Counted from the stretch's first letter, positions 35,943 to 46,311 are shown. The stretch is 52,584 nt of DNA from a virus (IMGVR_UViG_3300032046_000034:1-52584); one strand, 5' to 3'. Notes: generated from the sequence alone by a model not told the origin. Made by a program: numbers and translations.

Positions 35943-38890
35943 CCCCAGGCCCCGCGCCATGACAGGGTCACGACAACCGTGCCGATGCCCTGGCCAGCCA
36001 CATAGCGAAGGTTGTTGACTCCCGCGAGCAAGGTGAACCAGTCGATCTCGTCACTGAAGACACAGGCCCAGGGCACATCAATGGTGGGGTTAGCAGCGGA
36101 CGTGGGGATGAGCTTGATCGTCTTGTTGTAGGTGTCGATCTCCAGGATATCATTCAAGGCGAGGATAGGCCGCTGAAGGGTGATGCTCTGTCCCGTATCA
36201 TCGTTGGAGAGCACGTCCTCTGTGAAGGCGTAGATCGTCTCCTGGGTGCCCCGCACGATGAGCGGCGTGCGCGGGGTCGCGTCGTCGAGGGTGAGCTCGA
36301 CGTTGTCAACAGAGACCTCCGCCCCGCTTCCTGTGGGTACATCGGTATTGGGGGCACCTTCTGGGAGGCCCGAAACGGCGAAGACGGCACTTTGCTGTAT
36401 CTCCTCCTCACCCTGGCGGCCGTAGACGGTAAGCCGGATGTGATCGACTGAGAACGTGCGAGCTGGCCCGCCCGTGAAACTAAACAGAATCCAGAGGCCG
36501 AAGGTCGACGCATTTACGTCAGCAGGTGTCCACGTGACCGTACCGCCACCTCGCCATAGGTTGGTCGGCCCTCCTAGGGTATAGTAGGCATCTGCTAGTT
36601 CAGGCACGCCCTCAAGAACCTGGGTGGGCCAACCTTCGATTGGGTATCCGACCCCAGCCTTAATGAGACTGGCCTGTAACCACCTATTGCCAGCAACCCC
36701 ATCCGCCTTACACTCTATCTCAGCTTTGAAGCCCTCAATCACCGTGCCGGAGGGGATTGCAAAGCCGAAGTTGGTCGCCTTGAGGCCGGAGGTGTGCCAC
36801 TTTCCGGCGGCTACAGCATGGGTCGCGTAGGCGTTATCGGAAGCGGCGGCATTGGCCGGGTTCTGCCACGTCACAGCGGTGTCGTCCCAGTAGATCGGAT
36901 AATCAACGAATGTCCCGCCGCTATTCGGTCCCCAGGGGCCGGCGCCAGTGGCGATGATCAACTTGCCGCGTGTGTAGAGCTTTGCCGCTGTGCTTAGCAG
37001 GTAAACGATGCCCTGCGTGTTAAGTGTTCGACGCAGACGTGCCCAGTATTTGCCCTTCGTCCCGCTCACGTAGCCGATAGCGAGCACCGTCTCTATGCGA
37101 CTCCCCACGTAGTCCGGCGTCGTGGGAACCGAAGTCATCAGGATTGTGATAGGGTCTATGAGGGAGTCGCCGATTACGTCACTTTCATCGGCGGCCAAGA
37201 TCATCTGAATATCCCCATCGGGCGAGGCTGCTTGTTGTAGCCGGAACACCAGAGCCCGAATCTGATTATCGTTGTCGATCTCGAATTGCTGACTCGTCCA
37301 GCCGGACGCCATCAACATGATGGCAGACGCATCATCCTCGCTGTATAGGCCCGTCAGGACGATCGGGTTCGCCCGGTATCTGAGGCGCGAGAGGACACGG
37401 GCTGGCGTTATCGTCTGGTTCGCGCCGTCATTGGCCGAGTGGTAGCGCGCCAGCAGCGACTCAAAGCCCTCTAAGTCCCTGCTGAGGACTTCCAGCGTCA
37501 GGATGTCTTCTACGGTTATGTCGTGCTCGATAGCCCCGGCGGCGGCTTTGATGCCACAAGGAATGTAGAGTTCTAGGCCGTTGAATTGAAGGGCGTCCGC
37601 AGACGGCGCGATGTCCCGAAACTCAGCGGTCGCCCCATCATCGTAGAAGCTCAGGGTGGGCGATAGGAGATGGTCATTGGTGTATCGCCGCACCCACTGG
37701 CCGCCGCGGTAGGTCCCGATGGCCGTGAAGGGGCCGGCGTAGACGTGCTTCAGGTTGGTGGAGAGGGCCAGGTCGATCACCGGCTTGCGGTCCACGTCCG
37801 AGCCGTTGGGCTCCGTGGCGGCCGTGTAGTCGGAGAGGATGTAGATGTCGTGCTCCCGCCGGTAGCCGGTGGCGCCGATGGCGTGTATGGCGGCCGTCGT
37901 GCCCCGAGAGCCCCTGAGTATCTGTTGGTACTCCTGGGCGGTGCGGGCGCCGTAGTAGATGACCTCAGGAACCCCATCATCAATTATCACGAAGCCAGCC
38001 TCGGGCTCCAGGGCCAGGCCGTTCTCTTCTGCGACGGCAAAGCTCTCCCCGTTCGCCGGGCTCACAGCGGTCATGGCGGCGGCGAGCGTGAATGAGAACT
38101 TGGGCTTCCAGCTCGCGCTCGCCCACACCTTGCATGTGGCGCCGCCTACGCCGTCCAGGTCGCGTCGCACCTCAGTACCATCGATGAGGACCCGGAGGTC
38201 ATCGCCGTCGGCCTGTAGGCGGCTGGCCCCCGCCTCCGTCGCGGTGTCCAGCGAATCGTCCGCCACGTCGATCGGGTACGGGAGGCCGTCCGTGGAAAGC
38301 ATCTCCTGCTCGGTGCGCGAGGCGATACTCACGGGCCAGCGGCGGAGGTAGTCAACGGCATGGCTCTTGGCGACGGTCGGCTTGAGCTGGATCACGGGGT
38401 AGCAGCGCACGGTGCCGGCGTTGGTGACCTGCCATGTCTTCGGGGTGGCGTTGGCGGTCTGGACGTCGGGAGCCGGTGCGCTATCCTGTTCCCAGATGGG
38501 GCGGGCGACGTAGAGGCGGACGACGAAGCGGTCGTAGCTATCCTCGCGGGCGTTGACGCCGACGATGCGGACGGTGAGGCGATAGGTGGTAGGCGTGGCC
38601 TCGGTGGCGGTCAGGATCACGTCGCCCTTGAGCGGGTCGAACAGCTTTTTGAAGGCGTCTAGCCCGGCCTGCGTGAAAGTGAGCAGGCGCACCTGCATAG
38701 GCAGGATGATGCTCTGGGGCTGCGAGCGCGGCGATGTCGGGAAGGAGTAGTCGCCCGGTATCTCGACCTCTACGGGCTCCCTGGTGACAGGCGACAGTAC
38801 GTCATACTCACGTAGGAACTTCGATTCGTAGGTGGCGCTGTTGATATCTACGCCATCGAAGGTATCGGGCGTTAGGGCGAAGGCGGTCAT
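35939..38890 (-). CDS. Distal tail protein with large insertions
   Basis: Follows TMP; VTNAGTVRCYPVIQL and LEIDT...WFTLLAGVNNLRY Dit motifs. Confidence 0.75.
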   Translation of the reverse strand: MTAFALTPDTFDGVDINSATYESKFLREYDVLSPVTREPVEVEIPGDYSFPTSPRSQPQSIILPMQVRLLTFTQAGLDAFKKLFDPLKGDVILTATEATPTTYRLTVRIVGVNAREDSYDRFVVRLYVARPIWEQDSAPAPDVQTANATPKTWQVTNAGTVRCYPVIQLKPTVAKSHAVDYLRRWPVSIASRTEQEMLSTDGLPYPIDVADDSLDTATEAGASRLQADGDDLRVLIDGTEVRRDLDGVGGATCKVWASASWKPKFSFTLAAAMTAVSPANGESFAVAEENGLALEPEAGFVIIDDGVPEVIYYGARTAQEYQQILRGSRGTTAAIHAIGATGYRREHDIYILSDYTAATEPNGSDVDRKPVIDLALSTNLKHVYAGPFTAIGTYRGGQWVRRYTNDHLLSPTLSFYDDGATAEFRDIAPSADALQFNGLELYIPCGIKAAAGAIEHDITVEDILTLEVLSRDLEGFESLLARYHSANDGANQTITPARVLSRLRYRANPIVLTGLYSEDDASAIMLMASGWTSQQFEIDNDNQIRALVFRLQQAASPDGDIQMILAADESDVIGDSLIDPITILMTSVPTTPDYVGSRIETVLAIGYVSGTKGKYWARLRRTLNTQGIVYLLSTAAKLYTRGKLIIATGAGPWGPNSGGTFVDYPIYWDDTAVTWQNPANAAASDNAYATHAVAAGKWHTSGLKATNFGFAIPSGTVIEGFKAEIECKADGVAGNRWLQASLIKAGVGYPIEGWPTQVLEGVPELADAYYTLGGPTNLWRGGGTVTWTPADVNASTFGLWILFSFTGGPARTFSVDHIRLTVYGRQGEEEIQQSAVFAVSGLPEGAPNTDVPTGSGAEVSVDNVELTLDDATPRTPLIVRGTQETIYAFTEDVLSNDDTGQSITLQRPILALNDILEIDTYNKTIKLIPTSAANPTIDVPWACVFSDEIDWFTLLAGVNNLRYVAGQGIGTVVVTLSWRGAWG

Positions 38891-41763
38891 TAGAACCCCC
38901 TCAGAATTCGGCCCTGCTCACGCAGGAAGTCGCCGTGGTCCCTTACGTTCGGGAGTACGACTTGATAGCGGCCGTAGTTGTAATAGTTGCCGCCGCTTGG
39001 GCCTTCGCCCCGTCTCTGCTGGGCTGCCTCAGCCGCGGTCAGCACGGCCTCGCCCCGGTGGAGCGTGTAGATGCCCGTAGACGGCACGAAGGGCGTGCCC
39101 ATCTGGTAGCCGGATGGAGCCTGGATAGAATTGAACACGTCGATTACGTGCTGGGCCGCGCCCACAAGTTCATAGTTCTTGGCGGTTACAGCACTAGCTG
39201 AATCGCCGAGGCTGCGTGTGAAGAAGCCCATGTAGTCGCTGGCACCCTTCGCCACCGCGCCGAACTTGTCAGTCTGCGTAACAGCCTTGGCCGTCGCCAA
39301 CGTCTGAATGTCTGTGGCCCAACTAAGGTCATCAACCTTGCCGGAGTAGGTTCGGATATTCTCTGTGATCGTCGCCACCATGTCTTTGAGTTCAGCCTCT
39401 GTGGGCAGCATCTGGTTGGCGAGGGTCGCCCGGTCCTGCATGACTCGATGCTCTGCGGTGTAGACATCCTGCTGGGCCTGAAGGGCGGCGATCTGATTTC
39501 GGATGGCCTGGGTCTGTTCCTCAGTCGCACCGGCGGCCTCCTGGACGGCCAACTGGTAGGCCAGCGTATCAATCTGGAGCTGGAGCGTTGCCGTCTCTAC
39601 GGTTCCGCCACCGAGCAACTGGCCGAGGGCACCCTGAAGTTGATTCACGAGCTCAACGCCGATGCCATAGGCGAAGTCGGAGGCGGCGCGGCGGGCATCA
39701 CCGAAGGCCGAGTGAACAGCGCCCAGGGCCAGCTCGAAGTCAAGCGCCTGTCGCCCGAGGCCCTCGTTCCCGAGGCGCCGGCCCAGGTTGTCCAACTCGC
39801 GGACGGAGTCAGCCACCGACCCGGGCAAGCCCCCAAGTTGTAGTGTGAAGGTCGCCATCTCTACCATCACGGCGTAGATGGCGTCCTGAAGGGCCTGGTG
39901 AGCCTTGGCGGCGTCGGCGACAGATTGAATGTAGGCCGCCTGAGCTGGCGTGAGCCCCAGGTTCAGGGCATCGGTCAGCGTGAGTGTGCCCTTATTCGCC
40001 TTGTCGCAGGCAACCCAGAATGAGAGGGTGGCTGCCGTCATGCCTTTTTCGCCCAGAGCATCGGCCAACCTGATTAGACCCTTCTGAGCCTCCCATGCCG
40101 CCTCAGCAACTTCATCGGCCAGTGTCTTCGCCATCGCCTCCGCCTCGAAGCGGGCGGCGGCCCAGGCGGGGATGCCCTTGGCGGTGGCTTCGGCCAGGGA
40201 GATGATGCCATCGTCGAGGATGTCGATGACCTCTACGGCCTTCTCGACGGCCTCAGCAGTGCCGCCGACGGCACCAGCGGCGTCGCTGGCGGCGGCGCCC
40301 AAACCCTGAACCTGTGTCTTTAGTTCGTCAACTCCATGGGCCTCAAACCAACCCTTTACCTTTACGTCGATGCTCTTCGATGCACCACCTAAAGCCGCCG
40401 CCGCCGCCTCGCCCAAGAACTCCCGTATCCAGGGAATGTTCGCACGGCAGGAATCACCGACGCTTTGGACTGCCCCGATGGCGGTATTGGTTCCGGCAAC
40501 CACGCCCTCTGCCCAAGCCTCGAAGTCTACGGTGTTGAGGGCATAACCGACTTCATTCATGTCCCCAACAACAGACTCTCGCATCTCGGCGATTTTCGCC
40601 TGAACCTCATCGCCCGCAGTCTTCCAGCCAGGAATGATGTCGAACCCGGCGCTGGAAATCATGTCAGCGACCTGGACGGCGATATCGGCGAAGTCCAGGA
40701 ACTTGACAATGGTCTTGTCTATTTCATATCGCAGTCGGAGCATCGGTGCTGGCAGGTCCTCGACCTTAGTCTGGAAGACGCCGAGTGCCAACACCACCCC
40801 ACCGGCACCGACGAGGGCCATCACCAGGGGATTCGTCCAGGCGAAGGCAACCCCAATGGCGACGATGGCACCCACGAGAACGGCACGGTTTGATATGATC
40901 CACTGGCCGAAGTCCATGAACGCTTCGCCTGCGGTCTTCGCCCCCTCAGCAAACGCTTTAAGACTCCCGATGATGTCTTCCTTGTGCTGGTCGAACCAAG
41001 CGCTTAATCTGTCAAAGCCCTTCTCGATCAGATCCGCTACGGCCTGGGCCATGCCAGCAATATCTGCCATGTGTGCCGTGAGGAAATCACCTAGCGCCTC
41101 GCCAACCTTCGTCAATATGGGTAAGAGCGCAGTACCAAGGACATCCTTGATCTCCTCCATCTGAACGCCGAACCGTGCCCATGCGCCGGCGGCCGTTTCG
41201 GCGTAGGCCTGGGCCTGGCCGCCGAAACGCTGTTGCACTGCAGCGAGAACTTCCTGTGCAGTGGATGCATCTTTGATGATGATGCCGTACCGGCGGAGTA
41301 CACTCGTGGTCTCATCAGTTACCTTGCCCAAGAGCCGCGAGGCCGTCTCTAGGTCAAGACTGGTGCCTCGGGCCAAGTCCATAGCAAGAGCTTGGCGCCG
41401 AACAGCCTCTTCGTAGTCCTGAGTCTGTGCCACGAGCATCGAGAGCGACTCACGAAGCGTTTCATCTGAATATCCGAGCTGCATACGGGCAGTGATGACG
41501 CTCTCAACCGCTGCGGCGTTGCCCTGGTGTGCGGCATCCAGGTTCTTGATGGCGGTCTGAAGTCGGGCGATGCTTACTTCTTCCTCGGCGGCAGCCTTCC
41601 CTAACAAGAGCAGGCCGCCAGCGGCAGCGGCGATACCCGCAGCCGCAGCGACGGTCGCAACCTTGCCCAAACTCTGAAGATTCTTGCTAATGCCAGAGAG
41701 AGTCTTAGAAGCTTCGTCCTTAGCGTGGACGAGAATCGAGATTTCGTTACTTGAGATCGCCAT
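38890..41763 (-). CDS. Tape measure protein
   Basis: ISILVHAKDEASKTL start, Ala-rich helical body, GYQMGTPFVPSTG..LHRGEAVL end. Confidence 0.92.
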   Translation of the reverse strand: MAISSNEISILVHAKDEASKTLSGISKNLQSLGKVATVAAAAGIAAAAGGLLLLGKAAAEEEVSIARLQTAIKNLDAAHQGNAAAVESVITARMQLGYSDETLRESLSMLVAQTQDYEEAVRRQALAMDLARGTSLDLETASRLLGKVTDETTSVLRRYGIIIKDASTAQEVLAAVQQRFGGQAQAYAETAAGAWARFGVQMEEIKDVLGTALLPILTKVGEALGDFLTAHMADIAGMAQAVADLIEKGFDRLSAWFDQHKEDIIGSLKAFAEGAKTAGEAFMDFGQWIISNRAVLVGAIVAIGVAFAWTNPLVMALVGAGGVVLALGVFQTKVEDLPAPMLRLRYEIDKTIVKFLDFADIAVQVADMISSAGFDIIPGWKTAGDEVQAKIAEMRESVVGDMNEVGYALNTVDFEAWAEGVVAGTNTAIGAVQSVGDSCRANIPWIREFLGEAAAAALGGASKSIDVKVKGWFEAHGVDELKTQVQGLGAAASDAAGAVGGTAEAVEKAVEVIDILDDGIISLAEATAKGIPAWAAARFEAEAMAKTLADEVAEAAWEAQKGLIRLADALGEKGMTAATLSFWVACDKANKGTLTLTDALNLGLTPAQAAYIQSVADAAKAHQALQDAIYAVMVEMATFTLQLGGLPGSVADSVRELDNLGRRLGNEGLGRQALDFELALGAVHSAFGDARRAASDFAYGIGVELVNQLQGALGQLLGGGTVETATLQLQIDTLAYQLAVQEAAGATEEQTQAIRNQIAALQAQQDVYTAEHRVMQDRATLANQMLPTEAELKDMVATITENIRTYSGKVDDLSWATDIQTLATAKAVTQTDKFGAVAKGASDYMGFFTRSLGDSASAVTAKNYELVGAAQHVIDVFNSIQAPSGYQMGTPFVPSTGIYTLHRGEAVLTAAEAAQQRRGEGPSGGNYYNYGRYQVVLPNVRDHGDFLREQGRILRGF

Positions 41764-41803
41764 TCTAGTCTCTGCCTGTTATAATCAAGTTGTGAGCAGG
41801 AAG

Positions 41804-42553
41804 ATGGGCGAGACAAGGATCTGTCAGGTCTGCGGACAGTCGTTTACCCGATCCGCTTGGGAATTGCGGGATCAGTCCCCCCGCCATTGGTGCTCTAGGA
41901 AATGTGCCGATGTCGGGCGCAAAAGGGGCGAAGAACGGATTTGTCAAAGTTGCGGTGCATCCTTCTATCTTTTTCTGGGGACTCTCAGGGAACCGGGCAG
42001 GACAGGCGCGTTCTGTTCGCAGCGCTGTTATCTGCAGTCGGGAATTCCAGGCGCAAGTCAACGGGGCGTGCCCAAGACGGAAGAGCAAAAGGCAAAGCTG
42101 AGCCAGGCGATGAAGGGCCGCCCATCGGCCCGTCGCATGCCGCCTATCTTTCACCATTGCGAACATTGCGGTCAGCAGTTTCAGGTGTCGCGTCACCGCG
42201 GTAACGCCGAGGCGGCACGGTTCTGTTCTACGGCCTGTTGGTATGAATGGATAAGGCAAGACCCGTCGCGCATTCCGACCTGGAAGGGGGGGCGCCAGCC
42301 CTACTATGGGCCGAACTGGAGAAAGCAAGCCCGCCTTGCACGCGAGAGAGACAGCCAGCGCTGCCAGCGATGCGGCAAAGGGCCTCGCCGCCAATCGCTG
42401 GAGGTCCATCACATCAGGTCCTTCCGTGAGTTCCCGTCATGGCGGGAAGCCAATGACCTTTCCAATCTGATTACCCTCTGCAAGAGTTGCCATAGCCGCG
42501 CTGGAGGTTCTCGTTTCTACTTCCGGCGACCCCTGCCGTTGCCGGTCCCTTGA
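41804..42553 (+). CDS. Antisense HNH homing endonuclease (Zn fingers, NUMOD3)
   Basis: ERDSQRCQRCG...LEVHHI...NDLSNLITLCKSCH; KTEEQKAKLS; extended -10 TGTTATAAT at 41777-41785. Confidence 0.88.
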   Translation: MGETRICQVCGQSFTRSAWELRDQSPRHWCSRKCADVGRKRGEERICQSCGASFYLFLGTLREPGRTGAFCSQRCYLQSGIPGASQRGVPKTEEQKAKLSQAMKGRPSARRMPPIFHHCEHCGQQFQVSRHRGNAEAARFCSTACWYEWIRQDPSRIPTWKGGRQPYYGPNWRKQARLARERDSQRCQRCGKGPRRQSLEVHHIRSFREFPSWREANDLSNLITLCKSCHSRAGGSRFYFRRPLPLPVP

Positions 42554-42573
42554 TCGTGTGTGGTATCATTTAG

Positions 42574-42786
42574 GTGCCCCGCCAGGAGGTAGTCATGCGC
42601 GCCAAGATGCATCGAGTACCAGTCGAACAAGAGGACGATGATCTCCCTAGAATCTGTGTTGAACCTGGCCCAAGTATGCGTTGGCTCGAACAGGGCTTCT
42701 TCATGGGCATCGGCTTCATCTGCGCCAATCTCATCGTGGGGGCGTTCGCTGGCATAATCTTCCTAATCGTCGCTGCCTGGCCCTAG
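42574..42786 (+). CDS. Antisense small membrane protein
   Basis: C-terminal TM helix; TGGTATCAT at 42561-42569; AGGAGG before ATG 42595. Confidence 0.55.
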   Translation: MPRQEVVMRAKMHRVPVEQEDDDLPRICVEPGPSMRWLEQGFFMGIGFICANLIVGAFAGIIFLIVAAWP

Positions 42787-43348
42787 CCTGGTCGCTTCCG
42801 ACTACCCCGTTCCGTCTCCCGCCGCTCATACTCGGCCAGCCCTTCGCCCAGCAGTAGTACGTCGGCGCGTAGCATCGCCGGCATCTCTTGCCACTCCCTG
42901 TAGGTGATGCTCACGCCCCCGAGGCGGAGGTAGTACGCTTCCTTGAGCTCGGGTGGGATGCGCCCTCCGGTGAGGACGCGCTTGAGTTTCCCACCTCTCC
43001 CTCCAGCCGCACGTTCATGTCCAGGATGATGTCGCGTGCCCAGTCCCGGGTGCGGGCGTCCAGGTCGCGCTTGGTGGCCTCATCGCAGTCGGCCTGATAG
43101 GACCAGTCGACCACGCCGTACTTGATCAGGATGTCGGCGTCGTACTTCGTGCGCCGCGTGTCCCGGTCGCTCACGTCCTGGGGTGTGGCCAGCTTGGAAA
43201 GGTCGAGGCCCTGCGCCATGTCAAGGATGCGCTTGGTCGCGGCGCGTTCGGCCTCGTCCAGTTCGGAACCCGACAGGGGACGAAAGGTCATGTGCTGTCC
43301 GGGCTCGTGGGGGATTTCCCATTCGGTTCGCTTATCGGTGACTAACAC
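42783..43348 (-). CDS. Tail assembly chaperone G/GT with -1 programmed frameshift
   Basis: G ORF 42911-43348; slippery G GGA AAC at 42992-42986; -1 frame reads LKRVLTGGRIPPELKEAY...YREWQEMP to TAG at 42783. Confidence 0.85.
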
Positions 43349-43673
43349 CTCCGGCCTCCTTGGCGGGCATCGCCCGCCGCTTCCAATCAAGGGCACCGCC
43401 CATGATTCTTATAGCTGGGTGCCACGCACCGTCAGCTAGAAAATCCGTCCAGATGATGCCCACGGCCTCCAGAATGCCCACACGAGCATCCAGCATCAGG
43501 CGCACATCCCTGGACCCGTTCATGATCTCCTCAAGGCGATAGCGTTCAGCGTCTAATCTCCACTCCCGGTTCCAACCATCGAGATACCAGCGATTGATGA
43601 GGCCGACCTTCTCATCGCCGTGCCAGACCTCACCGACATCGCCCCAGAGTCGGACGCCACTACCGCCCCTCAT
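43332..43673 (-). CDS. Tail-module hypothetical protein
   Basis: Between the tail tube and chaperone genes. Confidence 0.6.
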   Translation of the reverse strand: MRGGSGVRLWGDVGEVWHGDEKVGLINRWYLDGWNREWRLDAERYRLEEIMNGSRDVRLMLDARVGILEAVGIIWTDFLADGAWHPAIRIMGGALDWKRRAMPAKEAGGVSHR

Positions 43674-43675
43674 GG

Positions 43676-44077
43676 CTACTTGGCGTAGAAGCCAACCGTA
43701 CCGATGGCCTTGATCGACCAGTTGAACGAGGCGAAGTCCTCGTAGGGGCTGCCCACCTCATCGACGCCGACGTAGCCGGAGCCGTAGAAGTAGCGGTTGC
43801 TGTTGCCCCAATAGAGTGAGAACGTGCCGCTGGCCTTGGCGATGGCATCCTTCACGATCTGATCGCTCTTGCCAAGGGTCGTATCCCACAGGCCAGTGAC
43901 GGAGGCACCGAACGTGCTGAATGATGGCGCGAAGGTCCGCACGGTGTCGCCGTGAACCGTGTCGTCAATCCAGTCGGTGCCCAGGTCGATCGTAATGTTG
44001 CGTGTCTCTGCGATTAGAGTCGGGGTGCCAGTACCCCAGTATGCTGAGGCATCCCGGCCGACTAGCGTACCCGTAAT
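43676..44077 (-). CDS. Major tail (tube) protein, apparent ATT start
   Basis: TGTLVGRDASAYWG...ITIDLGTDWIDDTVHGD...SVTGLWD tube-like pattern; AGAAAGG 9 nt upstream of ATT. Confidence 0.7.
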   Translation of the reverse strand: MTGTLVGRDASAYWGTGTPTLIAETRNITIDLGTDWIDDTVHGDTVRTFAPSFSTFGASVTGLWDTTLGKSDQIVKDAIAKASGTFSLYWGNSNRYFYGSGYVGVDEVGSPYEDFASFNWSIKAIGTVGFYAK

Positions 44078-44091
44078 ATCACCTTGCCTTT

Positions 44092-45120
44092 CTACGCCAC
44101 CCGCTCAAGTAGGGTCGCCATGCGGGTCGCGCAATCGTGTCCTTGAATCGCTTGGTGCTGCTTCTTCGCCACCTCCTCCCTCCAAACGGGATCGTCTAGT
44201 GCCCGTCTCATAAGCCGCCCGAACTCGGCCGGCGTCTGGTAGATGGGCACCGTGTCGCCGAAGATGTCCTCAACCTCCTGGCGGAAGTCGCTTATCTGGA
44301 AGCAGCCACAGGCCGCCAGCTCGAACGTCCGGGGGCTGGCGCTGTACGCCTCGCCCTCATCGATCGTCCAGTCCATGTCGATGTAGCGCTGGCTACGGTG
44401 GATGCTGAAGCTCATGGCGGCCTGCCGATAGAGGTCAGCAGCCATTTCGTTCTCTATGGCCCCGTCCCGTACATAGGGACGGAGACTCCAGCGGGAGGGC
44501 ATGGCATTCCACAGGCCGTACATCTCGAGGTCGATGCCCCGCCAATCGACAGCGTGAAGGAACTGCCGCCGACTGCCGTAGGCCGAGCCCACCCACACGA
44601 CGCGCTCACCCTCAGCGGGGTTGGGCGCCGGATAATGAATGACCGGATCGTAGGAGTGCGGCAGGTACATCACGTTGTCACAGAAGCTCTCATAGAGTCC
44701 CAGGCTGTAGCGGTCGTTCACCATGACGTAGTCGAAATGCGCCGCTTGGACGGGGGCGATCAGCGTGTCCTCATACGGGCACTCCGTGAAGTAGCCGATG
44801 GTCTTGATGCCCGACCTGCTCAACAGGTCAGCTATCGGCACCGGGAAGTATTGCGGGCTGACGACGATCACAGCGTCGACCTCGTGGTAGTGGGCCGCGC
44901 CGAAGATGGGCTCGTAGGCCAGGAGGTTCGACTTGAACGGCTCAGGCATGACTACCTTCGCCTTCCGTGCCAGGTCGAACATCGCATCAAAGGCGTTCCA
45001 TCGCGGGAGCAGGTCGAAGGGGTAGACCTCAGCACCGTTGGCCGCGAGGCCCACCAGTACCCGCTTCCAGACGTCCCTCGTGCTGAAGCCATGCGGAGAG
45101 GAAATGACTAGGAACCTCAT
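44092..45120 (-). CDS. Glycosyltransferase (GT-B, CgeB-like)
   Basis: YLPHSYDP, VVWVGS.Y.SR, SPRTFELAACGCFQISD. Confidence 0.85.
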   Translation of the reverse strand: MRFLVISSPHGFSTRDVWKRVLVGLAANGAEVYPFDLLPRWNAFDAMFDLARKAKVVMPEPFKSNLLAYEPIFGAAHYHEVDAVIVVSPQYFPVPIADLLSRSGIKTIGYFTECPYEDTLIAPVQAAHFDYVMVNDRYSLGLYESFCDNVMYLPHSYDPVIHYPAPNPAEGERVVWVGSAYGSRRQFLHAVDWRGIDLEMYGLWNAMPSRWSLRPYVRDGAIENEMAADLYRQAAMSFSIHRSQRYIDMDWTIDEGEAYSASPRTFELAACGCFQISDFRQEVEDIFGDTVPIYQTPAEFGRLMRRALDDPVWREEVAKKQHQAIQGHDCATRMATLLERVA

Positions 45121-45361
45121 GTCTCGGTCAAAGCCTCCGCGAACGAGCAGGTCTTCGCATGGGCACCAGTCAGTAGAGAGTCGCAGCATGTCCGGTAGAT
45201 GGCGCAGGGCGCATGGCGTAGGGCAGCGTAGAGGCCGTCCTTGAGGCCCTCTAGTGCCACCTCAGTTACCTCATTCGCCACCCGGAAGACCAGTCCCTCG
45301 CCGGGCCGCCATTCGATGAACTCGACCTCGGCCCGTTCCTTGCCGACGAGGATGATGATGC

Positions 45362-45808
45362 TCATTGCGTCTCCTCCGGCTTCTCCATCACGAGCCGCAT
45401 GATCTGGCCGTCAGACAGCCGCTTGCGGGCCACGAGTTTCCAGGGCCGTATCCCGTAGAGGGCCATCTGCTCGCCGTACTGAGCGACATTGCTGAAGTAG
45501 TCCCAGGTCTGCGGCACATAGAAGCTGACGTGCGTCGGGTCGGCCATCGCCGTCCAGAAGGGGAAGACGGGCATCTCGATATCGATGGCCCCCCCGGGTT
45601 TCACGACGCGGTGAGCCTCATTCATCACGCCCACGAGATCGCGCCGCTCGATGTGCTCCAAGACGTGGTGACACTTGATACCCTCGAAGGCCCCATCCCT
45701 GAAGGGCAGATAGCGGGCGTCGCAACGCACGTCAGGTTGGCCCGCAATGTCAGTCGCTAGGAAGCCGTCCTCGCGCTTGGCGCCAGCGCCGATGTCAAGG
45801 TTCATCAC
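45362..45808 (-). CDS. Class I SAM methyltransferase
   Basis: LDIGAG, LPFRDGAF, HVLEH, EAHRVVKPGG, DPTH. Confidence 0.85.
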   Translation of the reverse strand: MMNLDIGAGAKREDGFLATDIAGQPDVRCDARYLPFRDGAFEGIKCHHVLEHIERRDLVGVMNEAHRVVKPGGAIDIEMPVFPFWTAMADPTHVSFYVPQTWDYFSNVAQYGEQMALYGIRPWKLVARKRLSDGQIMRLVMEKPEETQ

Positions 45809-46311
45809 ACCCTCGCTACGGCGAAGACCCCCATCGGACCCTCGCCCTCGGTATCAATTCGGACGTCAGAGAAGCCCGCGTCTTCTAGGAGTAGGCGGAA
45901 GCCGGCGGGTGTAGCCCGCCAGTAGTCCTCCGGCTCGTTGTGGATCGCATACACAAAGCACCATGTCCCGATAAACAAACCGCCGGGCTTCAGTGCCCGG
46001 CGCATGGCTGCTATCGCCTGCCACGGTCTAGGGATATGTTCTAGGGTCTCACAGCAGAGCACGGTATTGAACCGTTCAAGTAGGGCAGCCTTTTCCTCAA
46101 TATAATCCGCCTCGATGTAGCTTCGATCGCAGATATCACCGACTATGTCCACCCCTGGACCATCCCGTATGTCCAGTCCGATATAGCCCTCCTGGGGAAA
46201 GAGATCGCGCACCGTGCCGTTAATGTTCAAGGCCCCGACTTCTAGGACGGGGCCTCGTGGTCGATACTCTGCAACGACGCCTTCAACCCAGGCGCGAACT
46301 TCCCCTCTCAC
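45805..46311 (-). CDS. Class I SAM methyltransferase
   Basis: VLEVGA, GLDIRDGPGVD, ETLEHI, LKPGG, P.DYWR. Confidence 0.85.
   Translation of the reverse strand: MRGEVRAWVEGVVAEYRPRGPVLEVGALNINGTVRDLFPQEGYIGLDIRDGPGVDIVGDICDRSYIEADYIEEKAALLERFNTVLCCETLEHIPRPWQAIAAMRRALKPGGLFIGTWCFVYAIHNEPEDYWRATPAGFRLLLEDAGFSDVRIDTEGEGPMGVFAVARV

Noticed and set aside
33376-38662. Numerous plus-strand ORFs opposite tail genes (and similar ones elsewhere)
   Set aside because: Antisense shadows expected in high-GC coding DNA; no RBS or motifs.
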